A stretch of 64,000 nucleotides of DNA from Ignavibacteriota bacterium (GTDB lineage Bacteria > Bacteroidota > Ignavibacteria > UBA10030 > CAVZMI01). The stretch lies in assembly GCA_963776275.1 (NCBI GenBank), contig CAVZMI010000032.1, forward strand, positions 41,704-105,703. The letters run 5' to 3'. The notes beneath the pieces are model-generated. The model was given only the letters and a program-made list of their open reading frames with translations, was not told the DNA's origin and searched no databases. The position numbers and the translations under genes were made by a program. Below are positions 29,765-37,975 of the stretch, one piece after another; position 1 is the first letter of the stretch; each line of letters starts with the position of its first letter.

Positions 29765-30202
29765 ATGAACTATATCTCCGAACTTAAAAAACAGAAACAA
29801 ATTCTGAACGATCTCTTCGATAAAAAAGAAATTTATCGCAAGAGATACAGAAAAGGGGGATGGACAGGAAAAGAAGTCCTGATTCATATCAAAGATTCCG
29901 AGACTGTTAATTATGACAGGCTCAGAAGAATCATTGCGGAAGATAAGCCTATTTTGTGGTTTTTTTGGCAAGATCAATGGCAGAAGAATCTCAAATACAT
30001 GAAACAGGATATTGTACTGGCAAAAAACTTATTCATGACAACACGGGACTCACTTATCGAGACTGTCAAGATGCATTTGAAAAAGTCTGAAAAGAGGGAA
30101 GGCGTTCATTCCCGGCGTGGGGTGATGAACATGAGACAACTGATAGAATTTCATATCCGTCATGTCGACCGTCATATTAAACATATTCAAAGAATAAAAT
30201 AA
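29765..30202 (+). CDS. DinB-superfamily protein
   Basis: 145 aa. The H..D/H pattern (VLIHIKDSE ... FHIRHVDRHIKHIQ) is typical of DinB_2 four-helix bundles. Confidence 0.65.
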   Translation: MNYISELKKQKQILNDLFDKKEIYRKRYRKGGWTGKEVLIHIKDSETVNYDRLRRIIAEDKPILWFFWQDQWQKNLKYMKQDIVLAKNLFMTTRDSLIETVKMHLKKSEKREGVHSRRGVMNMRQLIEFHIRHVDRHIKHIQRIK

Positions 30203-30284
30203 ACCGATCCTGCAGCAAGGATACACTTTTTCAGATATTGAATCCTAAATAAAAAATGAGGCTATCGGGGGGATAATACTTTTA

Positions 30285-30836
30285 CTACAGGATCCTTCCT
30301 TCATCATCGAGCAAGTTAAGCTCACGGAGAATCCCGCGAGCATCAGACGCTTGCGTACGCTGCACCATCACTTTCACAATGGCCGATTTGTTATTCATTG
30401 CAAAAGAGAGATAATCGTGTTGTGAAAACACCTTCGAGGGAAATCCGGCATTCTCGAGATTTTTCCTGATCATCTCGGCTTCATATTCATTCTTCGTTGT
30501 AAAAACAGCCGACCATTGCCGGTGTATCTTCATATGCTCGGCAGTTTTGCAGAAGATGGTATTTCCCTTTTTTCTTGCACAATCGTTGCAGACCGGCTTT
30601 CCACAGACCACGCAAACACCGACGGCATCCTGTTTCGGATGCTCCTCGCATTCGATTTCCCCTTCGCCGGGTTCGAGAATAACTCCACAATGAGAGCAGA
30701 AGAAATCCTTTGCCCTCACCCGTCCGTCGCAATTTTCACATGACTGCTCTTCGTGCAGCTCAAGTTCCTCACCGCACTCCCGACATTTGGCGTCACCTTC
30801 TGTGTAGTAATTTCCACATACGGGACAATTCGGCAT
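30285..30836 (-). CDS. Multi-zinc-ribbon / B-box-like protein with C-terminal DUF2007-like domain
   Basis: Contains CPVCGN..CRECG, CENCDG..CSHCG and CEEHP..CVVCGKPVCNDC. The C-terminal ~70 aa resemble the DUF2007 putative signal-transducing domain. Confidence 0.5.
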   Translation of the reverse strand: MPNCPVCGNYYTEGDAKCRECGEELELHEEQSCENCDGRVRAKDFFCSHCGVILEPGEGEIECEEHPKQDAVGVCVVCGKPVCNDCARKKGNTIFCKTAEHMKIHRQWSAVFTTKNEYEAEMIRKNLENAGFPSKVFSQHDYLSFAMNNKSAIVKVMVQRTQASDARGILRELNLLDDEGRIL

Positions 30837-30840
30837 ACGA

Positions 30841-31785
30841 TTATCCCTCCTCCCCTTTCGGCTTCACCGAGAAATGGAATGCGACAATGGAGAAGGCCAA
30901 TATGACTGTAAACACGATGAAATTTGCCATAATTACCGGTATCGTCATTTTTCCCGCTGCCAGAGTTCCCACCATATCATCGTCGATTTTAAAATAGGCT
31001 GCCAATATAGCAACCGTATTATTAAAAAAATGTACAATGACGGCGACCATAATACTATTCGAATGATATACAATGTAGCCAAAGAAGATTCCAAGTGCAA
31101 TAAGTGGAATGAGCGAAAAAGGACTGAGATGATACACTCCAAAAATTATCCCTGTAATAATAATACCAAGCCACCCGCTAGAGCCGCTTTTCTCGAAATT
31201 CCTCTGGACCAATCCGCGGAAAAGAAACTCTTCACAAATCGACGGAATCAGTGCAGCGACGGTAATGACAAAAAAAAGCTCGGTTATTGAATGTGCCGTA
31301 ATAAGCATACGATAGATTTCTTCAATCATCTTTCGGACTTCATCGATCTGCGGTTTAAGCACATGAGGCAGCGGGATTTGATCCTGGAAATAGAGATACA
31401 CCTGCAGAACCTGCTGAAGTGCGAAGACGCCGACTATCGCAAAGAACACGCTCTTGATTGACGGGGTATTGAATCGAAAAAGCAAACGGAGGTTTTTTGT
31501 CTGGAGTCGCGCCAGAACGAGCGTCGGAATCAGTAAAAGAAAAATCTGTGCAAGAGCTGTTTGGATCCGGACTCCCCGAACATTTTCAGGCGTGACCTGT
31601 GTAGTCTTAAAAATAAGAACTGAAATGATGCTGCCGATGATCTGATACGAAAAAAAAATAACGCACAGAACAATGAGAGCGTACACCCAGGGTGAGATAC
31701 CGAGTCGATCGATTACCGAAAATTCTGAGAGTTGCGGTACGTTCTGGTCGGGCGCCCGGTCGTCGTTTTGATATTCTTCCGTCAT
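30841..31785 (-). CDS. CPBP-family intramembrane glutamic endopeptidase (CAAX protease/Abi)
   Basis: Multi-TM protein with EEFLFRGLV, FGVYH and HFFNN motifs. Confidence 0.85.
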   Translation of the reverse strand: MTEEYQNDDRAPDQNVPQLSEFSVIDRLGISPWVYALIVLCVIFFSYQIIGSIISVLIFKTTQVTPENVRGVRIQTALAQIFLLLIPTLVLARLQTKNLRLLFRFNTPSIKSVFFAIVGVFALQQVLQVYLYFQDQIPLPHVLKPQIDEVRKMIEEIYRMLITAHSITELFFVITVAALIPSICEEFLFRGLVQRNFEKSGSSGWLGIIITGIIFGVYHLSPFSLIPLIALGIFFGYIVYHSNSIMVAVIVHFFNNTVAILAAYFKIDDDMVGTLAAGKMTIPVIMANFIVFTVILAFSIVAFHFSVKPKGEEG

Positions 31786-32729
31786 TACATCCGCTGTTTA
31801 ATCATCGCGGCAAGGAGTGGTATCATGATTTCATGATGCCCGGTGATCTGAACCCCCCATCCCCCTTTTTGCGTCGGGCGTTGGACTACATTGACTCTTG
31901 GCCGGTAATGCTGTAGCATATCAAAATTCGCCGTTGTAAACCCGCGGGCATCGAATCCGAGGTTACGAGCGACAGTGAGCGATTTTAAAAAGACTTCGGG
32001 CAGGATGACCGCCGAGCCGACATTCAGTACAACGCCTCCGCCGCGCAATCTCTTCACGACTTCACATAGTACCCGGAAATCCCTGAAGCTCAATTCACCG
32101 GTCACGGCTCCGTTCATCGATGGCTGTTGATGAATCGTATCGGTTCCGATCGCCGCATGGACTGTCACCGGGACGCCATGCGTGACGCATGCCGCGAGGA
32201 TGCTGTATTTTCTCTTCGGCGCTTTCAGAAGTGCGTTTCCGAGCGCCTCGCCATATCCCATATCACCCTCGATACGGGCCCGCTCTAAAACTCCATTGAT
32301 GAATTCACCAGTTTCTCTGGACATCCCAAAACTACCATCCTCTATTTTCACCGCAACGTCTTCCGACGTTTCCCCCCACATTGCAGTCTCCACATCGTGA
32401 ATCGATGCCGCGCTGTTCATCGCAACTGCAGTGATCATTTCACGCTCAATAAGATCTATGACGACGGGAGAAAGTCCGACTTTAATCACATGCGCACCAA
32501 TCATTAAAATGACGGGTTTGTTTTTTCTACGCGAATTGACGATATCATCGACTAATTTCCGAAGATCCCCGGCAACGAGAATTCGCGGAAGAGAATGCAC
32601 GAAAGACGAAAAAGCCTCTTTCTTCGGGTTGTATACCTTTGCGAATGCTGAAAGCTTGACCCTGCTCCCACGTTTTTTAATAGAAACCGTCTTTACCTTG
32701 CTGAGATCCGCTTTTTTAAATTGTGACAT
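31785..32729 (-). CDS. Deoxyhypusine-synthase-like family protein (tentative)
   Basis: ORF 31785..32774; likely start MSQFKK at 32729. Contains PVILMIGAHVIKVGL, AMNSAASIHDVE, IGTDTIHQ and GGVVLNVGSAVILPEVFLK. The assignment is from memory of bacterial DHS-like proteins and is not verified. Confidence 0.4.
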   Translation of the reverse strand: MSQFKKADLSKVKTVSIKKRGSRVKLSAFAKVYNPKKEAFSSFVHSLPRILVAGDLRKLVDDIVNSRRKNKPVILMIGAHVIKVGLSPVVIDLIEREMITAVAMNSAASIHDVETAMWGETSEDVAVKIEDGSFGMSRETGEFINGVLERARIEGDMGYGEALGNALLKAPKRKYSILAACVTHGVPVTVHAAIGTDTIHQQPSMNGAVTGELSFRDFRVLCEVVKRLRGGGVVLNVGSAVILPEVFLKSLTVARNLGFDARGFTTANFDMLQHYRPRVNVVQRPTQKGGWGVQITGHHEIMIPLLAAMIKQRM

Positions 32730-32842
32730 GATATTCCTACTTTCTTCATAAACAAAAAATAACACCAGGCTCATAAAAAATAATGCACGATGCTGTACTT
32801 ATTCATTAAAAAATAGTTGTATGAGTAAGGCAACAAAGAAAT

Positions 32843-33673
32843 TTATTTTACCTTTGCCGGTATCGGCCCGCGCAGACCGGAATATTCCCGCAGCTCCACA
32901 TCGATCGATCCTATGACAACCTGTGTACTTACCTTGACCGGTATTTTCCGCTCATCATCAGATAACCATACTATAATACGCCCTTCGCTCTTGAATAAAC
33001 CACCTTCTTTGACAAGAGGCTCGAGAATTATGCACTTGAATGTCCCTGCCTCAACCTCGATTTCCTGACGGCCCAGATATTTCACATCGAGTGCATACGC
33101 TGAGTCTTTATAAAAATTCTTCAGATGAAACCGTTCCCCGGGACGCCGATTATCGTAATTTTGAGTCCGCATGAAATAGAATGCCGACATAATATCGTGG
33201 ACGAATTCCGGAATCCGGTAATTGCCTTCACTCGTTCTGGCAATATGATTCCGCTGATCGAAATCGGCAGTAAAATCGCGCGTGTAACCTCCTTCGCGTA
33301 TGTGCTGTTCAAATCTCCAGGGGAAGATTCCTTCCGCATCGATATATGTTTCGTACCGATCCCTGACGCGATAAATCCATGAAAATGCCGGCAGGGAATT
33401 CACCTCAAAGAGCACCTTGTACGTGCTCCTACCCTGCATAATCATAGTATCGGTAACCGACATAAATGCTTCACCGGCGGTGATGAAGCCATAACCGATG
33501 TCGAACACCAGCTTCTCGCCAATCCCAAATGCAGTGTTCGCGATGCCTGACGGATTCAGATTCATTGTGTCCGGAAGAACACGAACGGTATCCGTCTGGC
33601 AAAAAGCGTGCTGCTGCAAGACGAGAACTAACGCAAGAGTCCGGATTATGATTTTCCAATTATATTGCGGCAT
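32843..33673 (-). CDS. DUF3108-domain secreted protein
   Basis: An internal start MPQYNWKIIIRTLALVLVLQQHAFCQ (signal peptide) lies at 33673 within ORF 32843..34708. GEKLVFDIGYGFITAGEAFMSV is typical of DUF3108. Confidence 0.7.
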   Translation of the reverse strand: MPQYNWKIIIRTLALVLVLQQHAFCQTDTVRVLPDTMNLNPSGIANTAFGIGEKLVFDIGYGFITAGEAFMSVTDTMIMQGRSTYKVLFEVNSLPAFSWIYRVRDRYETYIDAEGIFPWRFEQHIREGGYTRDFTADFDQRNHIARTSEGNYRIPEFVHDIMSAFYFMRTQNYDNRRPGERFHLKNFYKDSAYALDVKYLGRQEIEVEAGTFKCIILEPLVKEGGLFKSEGRIIVWLSDDERKIPVKVSTQVVIGSIDVELREYSGLRGPIPAKVK

Positions 33674-34708
33674 ATTTCTCAAGAAGCTGGAGCACTCCAT
33701 TTTCGACATCGTCAACTGCAATTTGTTCCATGCATAGCGAGTGCAACGGCAAGGACCTCTCGAGCATTCTGGACATTTCGATTTATCCGGCTCAAAGATT
33801 AACCTCTTCTCCGTATATGGCCCCCAGCGTGCCGGACTGCACTGTACAATCGGCGGATAGAATCCTATTACCGGAGTACCGACGGCCGCCGCAATATGAA
33901 TCGGACCCGTAGAATTTGCGACGAGAACATGTATTTTCTCATAAAGGGCCGCAAGGTCTCTTAGGGAAAACCTCCCTACTGAGTTGATACACCCATTTCC
34001 GATTCCCGTGAATATTGAATCAACCAAAGATTGTTCTTCCTCACTTCCGGTCAGGATCACTCTCAATCCCCTGTGAAGTAATCGACGTCCTATGAATATG
34101 AAACGTTCCACCGGCCAATCGCGTGCCGAACCGCCGCTTCCCGCATGAAGCACAACCAGACGATCGGCCGGCGATATATGATATTCTTCAAAGAATGTCA
34201 GGATTTTCAGCCGTTCCTTTTCTCCAAACGGCACCGAAAAATCTCTCGACGGCTCTCGGCTGCAACCGAGCGGCTCCAGCAAATGAATATCGTATTCCAG
34301 CTCGTGACAGCGTGCATCTTTCCGGTGCTCATACACACGCCGGTTGAACAGGAAAGAATACCACCTGTAACCTGTCCCTATTCGGATCGGAATCCTTGCT
34401 GCAAAAAAAAGAAGAGCAAGCCAAAAACGCGGGAAGGCCATAACTACGACATCATACCGTTCTTTTCTTACGCGATGGAACAACGTCCACAATGATCCTA
34501 ATTCTTCGAGAGTCAGTGCAGCATCCAGGTAACGATGTCCTTCCACAAGACCCAACGTGTATTGACGCACAAGCATTGATATCTTTGCCTGTGGAAATTT
34601 CCGGCGCAATACCGCCAGCATCGGAAGAGAAAGAACTACATCGCCGATGCGATCCGTTCGCGTAATAAGGATGTTTCTATATTCCATAAGAGAAATATAC
34701 GCGTACAA
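33660..34708 (-). pseudogene. GT9 glycosyltransferase (LPS heptosyltransferase family), C-terminal frameshift
   Basis: N-terminus ILITRTDRIGDVVLSLPMLAVLRRKFPQAKISMLV and GSGGSARDWP. The canonical end ..PLHSLCMEQIAVDDVENGVLQLLEKYAAI* is in the +1 frame and stops at 33660-33662. The shift is at GG 33748-33749. In the given sequence the frame instead runs on into DUF3108. Confidence 0.75.
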
Positions 34709-34869
34709 AGACCGAAGTGCAACCTTACTCCTGATGATGTGTTTGAAATCACACTCAACCTTGCCACCATTTTTTATCAGCCAGTTTCCCGAGTCCCTTT
34801 CTGCCCACAGGACGGGAAGAGAAACATACTATGGAACAAAGATATATCGTTATACAATTTTTAACCGGT

Positions 34870-35400
34870 TGTCTCGAGTGGCTGTTTTTACAGCCTTCGA
34901 TCATTCACAATTCCGCCTTCACTTCCGCCTTCGTTCCAAAAAACGGAACTTCGGCGGACAAGTCGTTCCGGCGCCTGCCTGCTCGCCTCGCTTCGCTCGG
35001 CGAAGCGGGCCGGAGTGCCCGCCTTCAATGAAGCCTTCGGCAGGCGAAGGCCTCCGGCACGCAGGCCCGCCTTAGTCCGGAGGACGTCGGCGGGCAGGCA
35101 GGGACAGGTCGCAAATCACAATTCATACATACCACTCCTGACGGCGCTCGATACCGAAAAACAATTCTTCATTCACCGTGGTTTGACTCGCTCACCATAC
35201 TAAAGTACTGCTCACACCACTTACCTTCGACCCCTCGATGAACTCGGGGCAAGCAAGCTTTGGATTCCGTGGTGCTCGCTGCAGGCTCGAGCCAAGACTC
35301 GGCAACCTGGCTGTTTATATAACCTTCGATCATTCACAATTCAAGAATCACAATTCACAATTTATTTGTAGCCTCGACTCGTTAACGAACCCCGGTAGGG
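34870..35400. repeat. Cluster of structured intergenic repeats (partial + full copy of a ~200-bp family, GC-rich long hairpin, TCACAATT motifs)
   Basis: Shared blocks with 54188..54392: gactcgctca, ggcaacctggctgtttatata, ccttcgatcattcacaatt and attcacaatttatttgtagcctcgactcg. No convincing ORF; translations are low-complexity. Confidence 0.7.
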
Positions 35401-35466
35401 GTGGTATATTTATAGAACCGGATTTCAGAAAAATACAAACCCTGTAAGTGTGACATGTTAAAATTT

Positions 35467-36549
35467 CTATTTCAGCAAAACCATCCGTTTTGTTATCGTG
35501 ACATTTCCGCTCTGGAGACGGCAGAAATAGACTCCACTCGACACCGATGCTGCATTCCAACGGATCACGTACGATCCCGGTTCGAGGAGAGCGTTCAGAA
35601 GTGTTTCGATTTCCTTCCCTGTGATATCAAAGAGTGTGATCGAGACACGATCATGTCTGGGCACATGGAATTTGATAGTGGTTCCGGGATTAAAAGGATT
35701 TGGATAATTCTGCTCGAGGATGAATTGCGGCGGTGTTCCGTCCACATTCTGTTCAACTCCGAGTGTGGCTTCATATGCGATTGCCGCGTTGAATATCTCT
35801 TCAACAAGAAGCGGCGCTACATGAGCCGTTGCCGCATCATTCGGGTGGCTGTTGCCGGACTCGGTGCGGTACGAGTCGGGCAATTTGCCGTCCGAACCGG
35901 CAAGATGGTGGAAGAAATCGAAAACATAGACGTTCTGCGGAAACTGTCCGAACGCCGGGTCGAAACCGCCGGCAAGCGTATCTTTTGCCCAGCGGCAGAA
36001 TTGGTCGGACAGGAGTGCCGATTCATCGCTGGTCGATTCTCTCTCCTGAGGTGCGTTCGTCCATACGACGAAAAAGTTCGCCGGGTGGTTTTGCATGACA
36101 CGGATAAAATTGCGCCAGTGCCACTTGTAATTGAAGATCGTTTTCGATGCCGGATCGGTGGTATCCGAGGGCTCGCCCTCGCCCCACAGGTCGGATGATG
36201 GAAAACACGATTTAATCATGATAATTTTGTTGGCGGCAAGGTACGGACCGATATCGGAGGTGGTATCGTTGCTATCGAAAATATCGTGCCACCTGGACCA
36301 TTCATTATCCCACGGATCCACCGGCCACCATTCTTCGTTGAGCGAGACTGCGAATGATCCGGTATATCCATGACTTGAATTATAAGCATCGATCTCCTGC
36401 GGAACGCTAGTTGCACTTCCATTCGGTCCCCAGATGCATCCGCCTGTCGAATGGTGCAGGAATATGCCGCTGCGGAATAGATTTTCTTGCGCGGATGTGG
36501 ATGTGAGAAAGGAAATTGTCAGCAAGTAAAACAGTATGGTCTTGTGCAT
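35467..36549 (-). CDS. Secreted T9SS cargo protein, catalytic domain unassigned (possibly SGNH-like)
   Basis: ORF 35467..36588; likely start MHKTILFYLLTISFLTSTSAQ. Contains IFLHHSTGG and GNSHPND blocks. C-terminal YPNPFNPGTTIKF...KRMVLLK. Confidence 0.65.
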   Translation of the reverse strand: MHKTILFYLLTISFLTSTSAQENLFRSGIFLHHSTGGCIWGPNGSATSVPQEIDAYNSSHGYTGSFAVSLNEEWWPVDPWDNEWSRWHDIFDSNDTTSDIGPYLAANKIIMIKSCFPSSDLWGEGEPSDTTDPASKTIFNYKWHWRNFIRVMQNHPANFFVVWTNAPQERESTSDESALLSDQFCRWAKDTLAGGFDPAFGQFPQNVYVFDFFHHLAGSDGKLPDSYRTESGNSHPNDAATAHVAPLLVEEIFNAAIAYEATLGVEQNVDGTPPQFILEQNYPNPFNPGTTIKFHVPRHDRVSITLFDITGKEIETLLNALLEPGSYVIRWNAASVSSGVYFCRLQSGNVTITKRMVLLK

Positions 36550-36773
36550 GTACTCCTCCATATGTAGTTTAGTTATAGTAGATTGCATGTGATAATTTCT
36601 TATATCTGCTCACGCACATAATCTACTACCTTTTTACGGCAAAGCCAACTCGACATAACCACCGCCAAAGGCAGTGGACTTCTGCTTCACACTAAAATAA
36701 AGTGGGTCGGTTTTGTTGTGAATTTACCTTGACTTTAAATGTGGAATATAATAACATGTCAACATCCTACAAC

Positions 36774-36831
36774 TATGTTTCCCAAAGCCGTGTTTGGAAT
36801 ATTGGGTGGAGCAATATAGTTATCGTTAGCC
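36774..36831 (+). repeat. Copy A of a ~60-bp direct repeat ending in GTTAGCC, 24 nt upstream of an ORF start
   Basis: tatgtttcccaaagccgtgtttggaatattgggtggagcaatatagttatcgttagcc. Confidence 0.85.
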
Positions 36832-36854
36832 ACTATAATTATTAAAGTTAAAAT

Positions 36855-37748
36855 ATGATTAATAGCATTTTAAAAGTATTAAAAAATATTCTAAAATTTT
36901 ATTTTGATATTTGTTTAATAATTATGTCGGTTATTATTATATCAATCATTTTTACCCATCTCTTTCACTCTTTATTATCTACGGGTAAATATCTAAAATC
37001 CATCTTCATAATATGGATAATTCTTTTACCGATTTTAATAATTTTATATTATCTTATTACAAAATCTAAAAATTTTGATACGTTGGGTTTTAGAATTCTA
37101 AAATTAAATAATAATAAGAAATACGCCATTAGAAATTTTTTCGTTATTACTGCTTTCACAATATCATTGATATTTCTATTCCAATTATATTATGTAAATG
37201 TCTATTTCGTACCTGTAATGTGTTCAGCAAAACCAAATTTATTTGAAGGTGATTATTTAATGGTCGATAGGTTTTGGGTAAGAAATAATTCTCCTTCTCG
37301 TGGTGAAGTAATTGGATTTAAAACTCAAAAAATGAATTTTGATCTTGTCAAAAGATGTGTAGCTTTTGGTGGAGATACAATAGAAATAAAGCAAGGAATT
37401 GTATTAATCAACAACGAACCAGAAGGCAAACTGATATATTTGAAAAATGCATATGATTTCGTTGAACAGGAAGAATTGGAATATTATAAGATAATCAAAA
37501 AAAATGGTTTTGAGCATCTAGTTTGTTATCGACCAAATGGTTATTTTCGCAAGGAACATTTTGGTCCAATCGTTATCCCGGAAAATCATTATTTTCTTTT
37601 AGGGGATAATAGAGATAATAGTGGTGATAGTAGGTATTATGGCTCTTTTCCTAAAAATGAAATGTTTTGTAAAGCAGGATTTGTATATTTTTCAATTGAC
37701 CCAATAACTAAAAAAATACGATGGTCAAGAATTGGGATAACAATTTAA
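36855..37748 (+). CDS. Signal peptidase I (S26) homolog with ~115-aa N-terminal multi-TM extension
   Basis: Contains SAKPNLFEGDYLMVDRF, GEVIGFK, VKRCVAFGGDTIE and IPENHYFLLGDNRDNSGDSRYYG. By eye, the gene is very AT-rich compared with its neighbours. Confidence 0.75.
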   Translation: MINSILKVLKNILKFYFDICLIIMSVIIISIIFTHLFHSLLSTGKYLKSIFIIWIILLPILIILYYLITKSKNFDTLGFRILKLNNNKKYAIRNFFVITAFTISLIFLFQLYYVNVYFVPVMCSAKPNLFEGDYLMVDRFWVRNNSPSRGEVIGFKTQKMNFDLVKRCVAFGGDTIEIKQGIVLINNEPEGKLIYLKNAYDFVEQEELEYYKIIKKNGFEHLVCYRPNGYFRKEHFGPIVIPENHYFLLGDNRDNSGDSRYYGSFPKNEMFCKAGFVYFSIDPITKKIRWSRIGITI

Positions 37749-37907
37749 GTAATTATAAAATAGGCGGCTAACAAAAGTATTGATTTTTTGTGTCGGCGGG
37801 TAAGCGTGGTACATTAAGCATGGCTGGCAGAGATCTCGTGAAAACTGTAAAGCAATCTACCATATTTCGATAGATATAGTTAAAATGATTTTTAATTTCG
37901 GGTGTCT

Positions 37908-37972
37908 TATGTGTTTCCCAAAGCCATGTTTGGAATATTAGGTGGATCGATATAAATTAATTATTGTTAGCC
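37908..37972 (+). repeat. Copy B of the ~60-bp direct repeat ending in GTTAGCC, 4 nt upstream of an ATG
   Basis: tatgtgtttcccaaagccatgtttggaatattaggtggatcgatataaattaattattgttagcc. Confidence 0.85.
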
Positions 37973-37975
37973 GTC

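Noticed and set aside
32843-34708. A 621-aa ORF that would be a novel GT9-DUF3108 fusion protein
   Set aside because: The canonical GT9 C-terminus (..CMEQIAVDDVENGVLQLLEKYAAI*) lies in the adjacent frame. DUF3108 has its own ATG and signal peptide. The fusion is created by a 1-nt shift at a GG run.
34647-35447. ORFs 34647..35075, 35015..35203 and 35238..35447 in the repeat cluster
   Set aside because: Their translations are Arg/Pro/Ala/Ser low-complexity text generated by GC-rich palindromes and repeats. There is no start context or homology.
35455-36198. 247-aa plus-strand ORF overlapping the T9SS cargo gene 35467..36549
   Set aside because: The minus-strand frame carries a signal peptide and a canonical CTD. 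The plus-strand translation has no recognisable features.
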